Source: Takakia lepidozioides (lineage: Eukaryota > Plantae > Bryophyta). Taken from it: DNA of 64,000 nt. The stretch is taken from positions 20,398,001 through 20,462,000 of the forward strand of contig CM060731.1 of assembly GCA_030704615.1 (NCBI GenBank). Direction: 5' to 3'. Shown here in pieces: positions 1-12,430 of this stretch. The translations under genes were made by a program, and so were the position numbers. The first letter of the stretch is position 1. Every line of letters begins with the position of its first letter. The notes beneath the pieces are model-generated. The model ran no database searches and was not told the DNA's origin. It was given only the letters and a program-made list of their open reading frames with translations.

Positions 1-442
1 TTTATGATCTATTCATGCACTTCAACATGTGTATGGAGATTGTCTTTTAAGCTTTCACATATAGTTTTCTTGTCTAAAAGTGGAAGTTAGGTCTCTTTAT
101 CTATGTAGATGCAGATCTACTTCTGCAGATTGTTTGTTTCCTAGGTTCATTGTGCTAGATTAGGGTTTGGCAGGGGGTAAGGTTAGTTCATCATTGGACC
201 CTCCTCAATCTCACTTTGTTAAGGTGATATTGCTACAACTTGTTCCAGGCATGGCCTTTGTGGGCCCTATGTGTTGTGAGTGTAGCTATCAGTCTTTTGT
301 ATGTCTGGGGTTTGCCTGTTTGGGGTCTGTGACGGATACAAGTATAGAGATGAATCCCATCGACTAATACCCCTTTTCATCTTTGATAATACTAAGGTGA
401 AAGTATGTAAGTTCATTTTGTTCCATTGTTTTGGCTTTGCAG

Positions 443-1917
443 GAAGACAGTGTGAAAACTGGGAAGGTTACATCAGCTGGCCTGTACTTCCTACATTTCC
501 AAGTGTACCGGTTGGATCCAACAGTAAATGCGGTGAGAAAGTCATCCCTTGTGTTCGCCGCATAGTGATTGATTACGGCAGGCAGTTTACCATTGTTACA
601 AATATGTTGTTCATTGTGTCGAGAGGAAAGGTTTCATCGAGTGCCAATTGTGGGTGCAGCTAGCAATTGCAAAGGATCCAGATGCTGCCTTTTTCAAGAG
701 ATTGGAGGGTCTCCAGCCTTGTGAAATGTCCGAATTGAAGGCTGGGACCCACATATTTGCTGTTTATGGTAAGCATTTGCCTCTTTATGTTGCATTGAAC
801 TCCCACATCTGTAGAAGAGCCAGAGTCATTTGCATGGACAGCCAGACTGCTTGTTGACGGAGATAACAATGTGAAAAGAGACAAGGTAGTCAAACAGAGA
901 CTTCAAAATCAGTAGATAAAGGTGGAGGCAAGGATAAGGACATTTTCAAGGACCTTATTGGGGGTTTCAGCTCACCAAAACAAAGGAGCCTCTGTAAAAG
1001 TTTTAAATTTGATAGAGGTGAATAAATATAAGCTAGAAAACATTCATGAAACCTACTGCTGGGTAATCATTTATGGCCCTGTGTGGTTCTTACAATGTGG
1101 TTTGGTTCTTACAATATGGTATGGTTCTTACAATATGGCTTGCGTCTCTGTAGGCGACAATTTCTTTAAGAGCGCCAACTATACTATTGAGGCAATTTGT
1201 GCCGAGACTTTCTCAGAGTCTGCTGTAAAGCTCAAGGAGGTCGAGGCCCAAATACTGTCAAAGCGTAACGAGCTTTGTCAATTTGAGGCCGAGTATCGGG
1301 AGGTAGATTCATCCATCTATTTGAGCCTTACTTCCCTTTCCCTCACCCACAGTGCCCCTGTACATAGCTGGCCTCTTTTTCCGGAAAATCCCTGACCAAC
1401 AATCATCTTCAATGTATCTTACATACGTTGGAACGTGGATGTGCAGGCTTTGGCTCGATTTACAGCAGTCACCAGCAAGTATTCTCAGGAAAAACAAGCG
1501 GTAAGGGGAGAATAGTCGCTTACTGGTGTGGAAGCTCATATTTAATTCTTATGTCTATTTTATCCATAAATCAACTTGTGGATCATCATCTACATGCTTT
1601 ATCTACATATAGGCATATCTATATAGACATGCATTCAAAAAAAGTTTTTTGATGTTGCTTGGTTCCCTGTGCAGGTAGATGAGCTTCTAAAGACACGTGA
1701 CAGGATCCATGAATCATTTACATCAACACCTCCTCTCCCAAAGAAGATAAGCACTAGCGGCAGTGTGAAGGGAGCAGGTGATGACTCAGCAACCAAAGAT
1801 ACTGCAACCATAGACCCTGAGGAAGGGTCCAATACAGAGGATCAATTGCCTGATAAAGCCAACAAGAAGAAGTGGTTCAACCTCAATTTCAAGACCACAC
1901 TCAATTCTACTGGATAG
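443..1917 (+). CDS. ARG1: ARG1/ARL-like DnaJ (type II J-domain) protein, 3' part; exons 443-532, 660-768, 1154-1302, 1447-1500, 1675-1917; 5' exons not identified, probably upstream of the window
   Basis: GT-AG splicing gives EDSVKTGKVTSAGLYFLHFQVYRLD...AKDPDAAFFKRLEGLQPCEMSELKAGTHIFAVYGDNFFKSANYTIEA...ALARFTAVTSKYSQEKQAVDELLK, which matches the C-terminal half of Arabidopsis ARG1/ARL proteins. Exon phases are consistent. Confidence 0.9.
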
Positions 1918-3384
1918 ACAAGAAGCTGACCTGTATTTACCTTCAGGTGCTCTCTTTTAGTGTTGGGAACCTGGCTGGATTGAATCATGGTGCCACTCCA
2001 TTGCTTACTTTCTACATAGGCACATCTGCCTTGGTCTGAGAGAGCTCCTTCACCTGTGGTTTGAGGAAAAGGCTCAAGAAGGGGACACAGGGGAAGGATA
2101 GAGATCTCAAGAGTGTGAAGGTCTCCTTTCTTCAAGGAAGGAAACAGTATCCACTGCAATCTTACCTGCTCAACTGTCTCTGGGATTTATGCACCTAAGA
2201 GTCATGAAGTTCTGCATTATTTTGGTTGAATTCTTTGTATGTGAAAATCTACTACCATAAAGATGTCTATCCTGTGTTTTCATCTAACTATACTAGCTCA
2301 CAGATGATGGACTTTTCCCAATGCATGTAAATCTCCTGCCATGAGGGGGTGGTCCGGTTAACTTCTATTTAGGATGTATCCCAGATTTGGACTGTGAAAG
2401 CTTGTAGGGTTCGACTTTGGGGTGAGAGGACATGGCAAGCTCAAGGCAATCAGTCTCGACTTAGCTGGAGCAGTGCCCCAGCTGTTTGATGGTTAGCATC
2501 AATAAGCTGAACCCTCATTTGGCCGGGCTTCACAGCCGTTGATGTCATCAACAGTAGGTGTTCTTTGCTAATGTCTGTCCTATCAGTTTCAGGGTAAGGT
2601 TCGATCCAGTTGTGTTGGACGGATTTCCATGTCAGACTCATTTTTTAATTGGGCTTGATCAGTGGGTCCTTACCTCCAATGATGTAAAGCTTGTTTCCAG
2701 AGCTCATGGGAAGCTTTCCACTGTCTGTGGCCGAGCCCCAAGGGCATGCCTATTCCCAGATCCTCAGACCTTGGATTTATGTCTCTGCTTCTTACAAGAG
2801 GTTTCCTTTTGTTCTGTAAAAACTGGGCATGGGGTCTATGCAATGGTAAATGAGTACATTCTTATAAGAGGGCTTGGACAAGATTAACTCAGCAGCCTGG
2901 AATTATATCTGTACATGTTAATGAGAAACCCAAGCAGATTTAGTTGGAGCTGGACCTTGCTGTGACACGTCAAAAGTTATGTTGGATATTCTTGGGTGAA
3001 TATGTTACCACTAGCATTGATGTGATTTCCAGTTTGATCTGCAGCAATGGAACTCTGCTTTTCTAAAATCTGACTGGCATTGGTCATCAGCATATTATCA
3101 TGATGATCTCAGACTTAGCCTAAGGTTACTGATATGGTATGCTGCTGGGCAGTACAACTACAGGTGGGCAGTATGACAACGCCCCGACCTGGATGTTGTA
3201 AAGTATCAGTAAGCATGGTTATGGAGGGAAATTGCAGAGTTTTGTTGAGGTTGATGTCAGCCTTTTCAAACTTTGTTACTGCGACTGGCACTTTGTGTCA
3301 GCATTCTGTAACTGATATTCCTTTTATTGCACTTCTTTTATTTTATTTCAATGAAAAACAGACCGGAGGCCTGTAAATCACAAG

Positions 3385-4700
3385 ACCAAGGATGTGTGAA
3401 CGGACTTTTACAAAGTGAATGGGTTGGTCCCTGGATACGGATAGTCTGGCTATGGCTGCAATAAGGTTGCGATCGGGGTGGTGGTGATGTGAGGAAGGGC
3501 AAGAAAGGTGGTTACGGATAAGATTAAAAAGCGATGTAGACTATCGTGTTGAGGGGAAAAAATAGATTGTTGGGATGGAGCTTCATAGATGGCCATAAGT
3601 TCTGCATGGAGTATGGTGGCAGGCCCTGGGAGTCTATAGGCTGTGCCCTGATTCGTGGCAGCGTGATAAACGCTGTACCCAGTGTTGGATCCTATGCAGG
3701 AGCCATCAGTATAGTATGAGTGGGCCGCGGGATATTTGAGGGGCATAAAATGGTGAGACGGTGGGGGGATGTCCGGTGTGGGTATGGGTGTGGGTATGGG
3801 GGCAAGAGGAGGATGCGGGGGCGCTCTAATCCAAGCTTTGCTTAGGTTGACTTTGGGAGTTGGTCTTGTTGCGAGTGTTGGAAAACCACTGGCGTATGGT
3901 CGGGCTAGGGATTGAACCTAGGACCTCCCCCATTCCGGTGGGGTGCTCTACCACTGAGCTACCCGTCCCTTTCTGTTCTCAGAGTGCCGTGCAAGGGCTA
4001 TAGCCTTGACACCTCCAACACTCCCCCTCAAGGCATAGCCCTTATAGCTGATGCCTACCCATTCTGACCACCGCTCCAACCTTGGCTCTGATACCATGTT
4101 GGAAAACCACTGGCGTGTGGTCGGGCTAGGGATTGAACCTAGGACCTCCCCCATTCCGGTGGGGTGCTCTACCACTGAGCTACCCGTCCCGTTCTGTTCT
4201 CAAAGTGCCGTGCAAGGGCTATAACCTTGACACTCCAACAGCGAGGGTAGTTGGATTGTGGAGTAAGGAGTGGGGGTTCGGGTTTAGGCCAGCGGTGATT
4301 GTGAGGTCATGGGTATATATGACTATATGATCGAGGTGGGCGAGCAGTGTATGTGGTATTGGGGGGGGGGGGGAGGATGTGTTTTGGACATGTAAGAGTA
4401 GAGTTAAGTTGGATTCTGCATGCTGAAGATATTTAGGGAAAGGTGGCTTGCGTGTTTGGAGTAGGCCATTATGGGGTGCGTACAGAATATTGCCCCGGGG
4501 GATGTTCATCTCCTCGAATCGCTTTCTAGTATGGTAGATGACTGGCTCTTTGGGCATGTTTGTCTCTTTGTCAAATCTGATCATTATGTGGTATGGCGTC
4601 ACGGACAAACCAGAGGCTGGGTCTACTGTGGCGCCTTTTGGTAACTGAGTCAGCGAGGGGGGCTGATAATCCATGAGCAGTGAGCACCTACCTGTTTGCC
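3385..4700 (-). mobile_element. Degenerate non-LTR retrotransposon fragment with RNase H domain, interrupted by a TRIM
   Basis: RNase H motifs YYTDGSC...TILHAELMAIYEA...FVKVRSH on the minus strand, with frameshifts. Confidence 0.7.
3876..4240 (-). mobile_element. Complete TRIM (miniature non-autonomous LTR retrotransposon) with tRNA-like LTRs
   Basis: LTRs 3876-4020 and 4097-4240 (TGTTGGA...TCCAACA). The 76-bp interior has a Met-i PBS TGGTATCAGAGCCAAGGTT (minus strand, starting at 4096) and a PPT GAGGGGGAG (4021-4029). 5-bp TSD GCGAG at 3871-3875 and 4241-4245. Confidence 0.95.
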
Positions 4701-5639
4701 GAACCACTTCTAGGTTTGGGGTACTTTTGGGATAGGTTTGTAGAATGTTCCCATTTGGATTCCAAAGGAGATTTTTAGGTTGTCTTTTTGTCCTTAGTCA
4801 GGTGGTGATAGTGCCTTTAGGTTTCTTCCTCTCTCTGGCTTGTAAGTTGGTCTCCAGCCCCTGAGTGGCTGTCTAGGTTTTCATATTGCTCTCCTTTTCG
4901 CATTAGTGTCTCAATCGCTTTCTCCCTCCTGCAGGATTGCCCCCCTCCATTTGATGCTTCTCGTGTTAGTTAGAGAGGGATGTAGCCAAAGAGAGAGCCT
5001 CATGTGATGCAGGTGCAATGAAGAGGGAGAGCTCTACAAAAAAATTGTTCACCTTATTGCAAGTAGCTGGCGACAGCGAACTAATTTCCGTAGCAAGCAC
5101 CCACCCTCCTCTACCAAACAATATTTCCATGCTGAATGGGTTCCAAGACTGGTACAATGCCAGGAAGAGGGAGATGGACAATTTGACTTGCAGACATTGC
5201 ATACACCGTATGTTTGCATTGCAACACACAATCAACCAAACAATCTATGAAAGGGGATTGACTATTTGATTCGAAGCCTCTGCATTGACATTGAGTTGAA
5301 AGGAAGAAATTGCAGATGAGGACTGCTAGTCACACACCTTAAATACACATGATATACCTTGGGAGAAAGGGAGAAGGTGGATGGCAGATCACTCCTCCTA
5401 GTTTTCAATTCTTAGCTCAGTGTTTGTAAAGGCAAGCTTGCTATTGGAAACAGTGAACCTGTTGCCTTTTCTAAGCTTGCCCTATGAGGCTGGTACCTGA
5501 TCGCCTTGATGTTCTCCTCCATCATGCATTGTTGGTAAAGAGACTGCTGATCTCTTCTCAACAAGATGCTCTCGAGCCCCTTGTTGACCCCATCAATGAT
5601 CCTATTCATATTGCACATACCCAATGTCCATTCTAGCTG

Positions 5640-6630
5640 ATTCATCCCATCCCAAACCCCCCGGATCCCAAACCTATACGTAACCTCCTCACCTTAATCA
5701 CTAAAGAGGCCAATCAACAAGCTATGACATCTATGAGCCACATCAAAGTCCACATTAAAAAATGGACACAATCCACAATACTCCATTAGAAACTGTCAAA
5801 CTATTTCTAGCACTCCAAAGCTGTGACTGATGCACAAATTAGATAAACACTTAAATTCCGGTACGCCCAATATATGGGTCACCAACGCAAACACGTATTC
5901 TGGCCACACCTCTTCCCCTCCACATATTGCCCTCTATGCTTACACACCCACCAAGTCGGGGATACACGGCCGCATCTCTTCAGCCAATGTACACACCCGG
6001 TCATCCATGGTCTGCATATACCCCGTCATAACCATGCTGTCTGGCACATCCACAAACTCCTCATGCAACGCTCTGAAACCCGTTGGTTCTCGCTCATAAA
6101 TGCAGGCACCTACCAAGGCAAGCCCCATGACCATATTGTCCCTCTATGGTTATCCCCATGCACCTGTCCACGCCTCCCCTGTACCTGCCCTGCCAGATTA
6201 TTCCCTGACATTCTGCTTGTACATGGCCTACCCATTAACACTTCCCCGCCCGCCTTCCCATCTTCGCATATCATCATCCACTTATTTTGGCTATCCGTCG
6301 CAGAGGCTAGAACACTGGCCCACTATTTGTCAATATGGCTGGTAATCACGGGGGTACCCACAATGCTAGCATCGCTGCATTGCACAATAACTTCCATACC
6401 CCCATCTCTCCTATCCACAAGTGCTTTAAAGCAATACACCTCATGGCTTTACGCTCTCTCACATCTATCATTACAAACAAACGGCAACTAGAATCCAACC
6501 CTCCTCCGGCACTCTAGACTCCCCCCGGACTTTCTGGGTACCAAGGGTATCCAGGGTTCCCCAGGTACCCTGAGTATCCATAGTACTCTTATCCTCCGGT
6601 TACCGGTGTCCCCCGGGACACCTGCATTAT
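5640..6630 (+). mobile_element. 3' fragment of a non-LTR retrotransposon with CCHC knuckle and restriction-like endonuclease (possibly Dualen/RandI-like)
   Basis: CPLC...HLFSQC knuckle followed by RHNHAV...PDILL, an RLE signature. Stops and frameshifts are present. Confidence 0.65.
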
Positions 6631-6681
6631 TTATAGAGCCCACCCCCGAAAGGGGGCAGTAGCCGTAAGGCGAAGTGACTC

Positions 6682-7242
6682 TTAGTTACACCGGCCTTGG
6701 CCTCGGCCGAAGTCTTCTCTCTTCTCTCTACTAATCGGGGCATCCTGACAGGAAGATGAAGTGTTCTGCTCCAAGGTCGTGTCAAGATCCATAGACATTG
6801 GAATATTGCCTCCACACTGGGCAAAATGGACTTTTACCCGCATTGATGCTTTAGGGCATAAACCTACCCCGGGGTTCTTCCCATTTTCATCTCTAAAGCC
6901 AAGGTGGTGCAACATCCGATCCTTACGATAAGAAAGCTTCAGTACACATAGGTTGCACTCAACACTACCAGTGTTCGGGACTACCGTATACCAAGGGTTC
7001 AATTCCTCCCTCATCTTCACCAATATCCACTCTCCTACTGATGTAAGCAACAAAAAACAGTGACCTATATAAGAACCTATGCATGTTGAGTGCTGCAAAG
7101 GCAAAACTGGTGACGAAAAACGCACTTGGAATTTGGCAATAGTACACAATGCGTGGAGAGATGAGAAAGAAACAAGGGTTAACCGGATGAATGAACGATT
7201 TGCTAATGAGAACGTGATGAAGATCAATGAGGATGGAAACAC
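6682..7242 (-). mobile_element. BED zinc-finger remnant, probably from a hAT DNA transposon
   Basis: W...VECNLC...RMLHHL...GVGLC pattern; no transposase core follows. Confidence 0.5.
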
Positions 7243-7488
7243 ATAATGTTGATGAATGGTGACGAGGATGTGGAACTATTACCTCGGTGGGGAAAGGATG
7301 AATGGAAAGTGAACAGTCGGCACTGGCGAAGCTCGTTCATGAGAGCTGGAAGTTGGTATTTTGTCATTTAGTGCTATGGATAAGGATCCGGATGAACGGA
7401 ATAACGAAGGGATGGATGACGACAGGATGGCAGCATGCAGAGCGTTGATGAGGGATCGATCAGCGGGTGGCACACCGCCACCTTAGAC

Positions 7489-8033
7489 TGTATGGTACAT
7501 GACTATACAGGAGATTATAATTAAGTTTTAGGGCCTTCTGATGTCATCCAAACTTAATTGAGGGCCAGTTGTCTATATATTTAAGTATTTAGAGGACAGA
7601 CACATCCAAGAAGGATACGTACTTAGTACTATAATAATCTCTGGGCGGTGATTAGAATGGATCGGTTACATGAAGAAAGTCTAATCTAGAGGTTGCAGAG
7701 GGGTACAGGGCTTAGTGACCAAAGACATTACAGGTTTGGACACTAAGCAAACTAGAGTGGAGACGTTGCAGAGATCTGAGTCATGAAGACAGGAGGAGAG
7801 TGTTTAGAGTTGAGAAAGCATTATGCATGGGGTTAGTGAGCAGATTAGTATGTACAGTGGAAACAAAACATAGATTAGTGAAGATATGAGACAAGGTGAT
7901 ACGTTATGTTGATGCTTGGCGGCCAGTCGGGCGGTGATATAAAGAAATACAGCAGAAATACAAAATGTGTGCATCTATGTCGTGAGATCCATCATAAAGT
8001 AAAGCATAAAGGTTTATATCATGGAATCCGAGC
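7489..8033 (+). mobile_element. Possible degenerate LTR followed by a PBS-like sequence
   Basis: TG at 7489 to CA at 8021, followed directly by TGGAATCCGAGC (2 mismatches to the Met-i PBS). No partner LTR was seen. Confidence 0.35.
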
Positions 8034-8889
8034 TTAGAAGTGACTTATGGACGGAGAGCCATTGTGCCAACACTGATTATGAATGCTTTTACACCAATAT
8101 GTAAGGTGCAAGTCATACGAACGGGGAACTGAGCAGTAGAATGAGAGACCCAACAATCTGAACAACGATGGACCGAACTAATAGAGGAAGTTAAAGGAAA
8201 ACCTGCAAGAGAACCATTCCAGTCGACACAGCATATATCAAAGCATCCGTCATGGATCAATCCAGGAACACTGCTGAACATAGCCATGCTAGAATTTGTG
8301 GAATGTTCACGAACCGTGGACGTGGTGAACCAGATCCAACGAGATAACCATGGTGCATGTGCCACTGTCAAGAAACCGGAGTGGGGTCATGATATCTTTA
8401 CTAACCATCGGCCATGGGCTAGGATTAGAACCATTAAGAGATAAGGGCATAAATAAAACAAATTGCACGCGTAAGGTAATCCAGTCTAGGTGTCATGATG
8501 TTTTCTTGCTTCCGCTGCAGCTTCATGTAACATCGAAACCGGACTAATGGATTGTATGATTAAGAGGGAACAAAGAAGAGTTATACTGGTGGGTGATACG
8601 GGGCCCCCATTTTTACTTTACAGTGCAATGCGACAGCCCAATACTTCTACACCAACCCAAGTGGGTCGATGCACCTTGTATTGTAAACTTATACACTATG
8701 TGCTGAAATGACTTTGGTGGAAGCCACAACGGCAAAAGGTGCGCACCCCCTTCTTGGGCTACATTTTCGTTCAAGGGAAAAGAACATCCAAAGCAACTCA
8801 AGTGTTTGCGCCAAAAGAAGTGAGGAGGTTGGTGACCCTGGTCCCTTATATATACTCCAGGAAGGATGAAAGTGAAATGAAAAAATGAC

Positions 8890-10435
8890 CAATAGCGACC
8901 ACCCGAAAAAAAATAGTACAACCATATTTTGTTATAATTTTAAAATGAAGCGGCCGCTAATACTGCGGTCTTTATTTTGCTTATTTTATAAAACACAAGT
9001 GACCGCCAATATTGCGGTCACTTTTATATTTTCTTTGATTTTGTAAAATAAACGCGACCGCTATTGCGGTCGCATAAATATTTTTCTTCAAAAAAATGAA
9101 GTGACTGCCATCATGGCGGTCGCTTTAACTTTTGATTTTTTACAATTCAGCGACTACCATATTCGCAGTCGCTTGTATTTTGTTTTCTAAAATTAATTAA
9201 TTTTGGAACGACCGCCAATAGTGCGGTCGGATTTATTTATTTTTCCTTTAATATGAAGCGACTGCCAAAGTTGCGGTCGCTTTTGTTTTCTTATTTTCCA
9301 AATGAAGCGACGACCAATGTTGCGGTCGCTTTTATTTTCTTATTTTTTTAATAAAAAAAATTGAAACCTGGGAGCGACTGCTCACAATTCAGGCCCTTGA
9401 GGAGGGGAAAAAATTAACCCCCTTTCAGATAAGCCATTGGGCACATATGAGGGAAACATCACCACAAGACCAATCAGTCAAGAACAATCCACACACCGCG
9501 CAGGGCAGCGGGTTCAAACCCTGAACCACCGGGGCGACATAGTGTGTACTTACCAGCTGAGCTACCAGCCGATGTGCTAATTTTCTAAAGTACAAGCGGC
9601 GGTCGCTTTTAATCTTTTTGTATTTCTTAAGAAAAACGTCCGCCATTATTGCGGTCGTTTTTAAAAAAAAAGTAAATATTGCGGTTGCTTATATTGTTTA
9701 AATCATTTTTTTAAAAAATTTGAATAGTACAGCGACCACAATATTGTGGTTGCTTTTATTTATTTATTTAAAAAAATTTGAGAAGTAAAGCAGCCGCAAA
9801 ATTGCCAATCGCTTTTATTTTTTAATTTAAAAAAATAAAACGACCTCCAATTTTGTTTTTGGTTTTTTTTCCGTATTTATAATTTATTTTAAAAAAAAAA
9901 CAAAAAACACCTGGGAGCGCCAGCTCACAAATCAGGCCTCTTAATAGTGAGAGGAGAAAATAACCTCTTTCACATGAGGCGTAGGAACGGGACACCTAAC
10001 CTAGGAACCGTACCACACCCGTCAGTAGCAAGATTTGACCCCAAAATCATCTAGGTGGCCGTACCACACCCGTCACTAGCAAGATTTGACCCCAAAATCA
10101 TCTAGGTGGCACTCAGTGCACTTAACCAACTGAGCTACCGACTGTTGGTGTATTTTTAATATGAAGCGACCGCCAATGGTGCGATCGCCTTTATTTTCTT
10201 TATTTTTTAAATAAAAGCGACCACCAACATGGCAGTCGCTTTTGTATTGCTTAAAAATAAAAGCGACTGCCAATATTGCGGTCACTTTTATTTGTTTATT
10301 CCGAAAAATAAAGCAACCGCCAGTATTGCAGTCGCCTCTTTTAATAAAAACAAAAAAGCGACCGCCAATATTGGCGGTCGCTTCATTTAAAAAAATTAAA
10401 ACATGAAAATGATCGCCAGTTCTGGCGGTCGCCCA
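8890..10435. repeat. Array of about 20 imperfect palindromes (AAGCGACCGC-CAATATT-GCGGTCGCTT) at ~50-bp spacing with A/T-run spacers, containing two tRNA-derived segments
   Basis: Copies near 8948, 8999, 9053, 9100, 9149, 9207, 9256, 9305, 9635, 9731, 10164, 10215, 10261, 10311, 10357 and 10409. A/B-box-like sequences lie on the minus strand at ~9505-9570 and ~10075-10142. Confidence 0.85.
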
Positions 10436-12430
10436 CTATTTTTGTTTTTTCATTATTTATCCGCCACCACCACCGTGTCGGCGGCATTTTTTTTACCTGG
10501 ATTTTTTTACTGGTATATTCACGTGATGTAGAGCCCATCAACGTCATACGCTGATGGACGGACGACTTGATAACCAGGGTTACAATTGAATCAATTATAT
10601 ATTTGAGAGATATTATTGACTATGGCCATCAAGCCATTTTTAGGCTTAAAAAGTTATCTTTTAGACACAAAATAACTTTTCGTATTCTAGACATAAAAAC
10701 TACTTTCTTTTACATATTCTAGGCTTGTGCCTATTTGAGACAACCCCTTACAACAACATGTAAGCTAGGGGTGAGGCTCTGTGTACCTCATTACATTTCT
10801 CTCCCACTGATGAGCTCACTTGTTGAGCAAAACTAGTCTGGGACTTCATAGAGATTTGCTACTATCTGCATCTAAGGTTAATGTCTCTATTGTGCTATTG
10901 GGTTTTAGGTCTACTATCATCTATTGCTCTAGTTTCATTTGGTTGCTTTGTCTCTATTGCATTACATGCATCAAACTCCTTCTCGAGTGTTGCATATTAG
11001 ATGAGCATCTAAGTCGTTCTCTCTTTTTGCCTATTTGCATATCTTTGCAGTTGCATCTTAGAACATCTCAACATCACTTCTTTTCTAGCTTTCTGTCTCT
11101 CAGGATCAACACTATTAGTTTTGATTCATAGGATCTAGACATCTAGATATCTGCAGCCTCTCGTACTGTCCACTACACTCCTCTTACGCTGGTAGAGTTC
11201 TGGCACGACTAAACACTTTCCCGGCTCCCTCTAGAACGTTCTCTATTCTACAACGTTCTCCCCACATCCAACAGCCATGTAGGGCCAATGCCACTTACCA
11301 CTGGCTTACTAAGTTTCAAACAACGTCGCACATGTCAACTCCTTTTTAGTTGATTTTATTTTTCATGCAGCTGGGATACATATATCCCCCTTTTTAATTC
11401 CTGGACCATCCTCTAATGGATAGGGCCCCCGCAAACTCGAGAGGCATTATTCCTATATGCTTACTTTATCCCAAAACTTGCATGCGAGTAAACAAAAATC
11501 CCAACCCTTTGCGCAACAATTGAGCATCGCACCACAACTTGCTACAAATCCTTCTGATGACTGTGCCCTCACAACCAAAGGAGGAGCAGTAAGTATATCT
11601 TCCTCTCATTATTCACATAAATATCCCTTGGTTGGATGTAATTGTATTGATATTAATCAACCAACATGAGGGACCAAAAGCTTCGGTTTTGTGATGTTGG
11701 ACAGTTACCGGAAGCAAGAGAAAAAGACCTCACTTTTCTTGAAGGGGATTTCACGAGAGTTTTTTTGGCTTGTTTGAGATTGGCAGCTCAAGTAGTTACT
11801 GAGAACACTGGGAGTCACACCAGCGATAGAGACCTGCGTCGGTGGACCGACATGGCAGCATCACTTATTGTGAGGGAGTTAAGCGGCATCAATCAATAAC
11901 AAAATACCCAAATACCCTTACAATCACTATGTGAAACTTTCAAGCAGCCACCATGGGATTGGATCTTGGTGGGTTAAGGATAGCTTTTGACAATATTCAT
12001 GCAAGTTCGTCAAGGGCTCCATCCAAAGCCACACCACAAGAAACAAACAAACATCTGCAAATTTAAGATGCTGAACAAACTTGTGCACAGGGCTGCCCCT
12101 CTAGTCAAGCTCATCAAAATTCGTATTCACTTCCATCTTCCAGCTTTGGAGAAGCTCCACCACCCAAACCCAGAATTAGGACAGCACTCTGATTTCCATC
12201 TACTGTCACCAAAGTCAGTCCAATATCACCCCTTCAGTCAAGTGCAATTATGGGCGGACTTCCCACCTATGCCGGGTAGACCCCACTATCATTTCCCGTG
12301 GATATGCCACAGGAAATGCACTCAACAGTACATCATGGTCAATACTCTCAGGAAATGGTGGATGATCTGAGTAGCTACACAGATCACTGAATGAAGCAAG
12401 ACACTCGCATCTTTCCAAGAAAACATCCTT

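Noticed and set aside
3897-4189. Two apparent tRNA genes
   Set aside because: They lie inside the LTRs of a TSD-flanked TRIM and have an irregular anticodon arm, so they are not called functional tRNAs.
8890-10435. CRISPR-like repeat-spacer appearance
   Set aside because: The repeats are degenerate, the spacers are low-complexity A/T runs, there are no cas genes and the context is eukaryotic.
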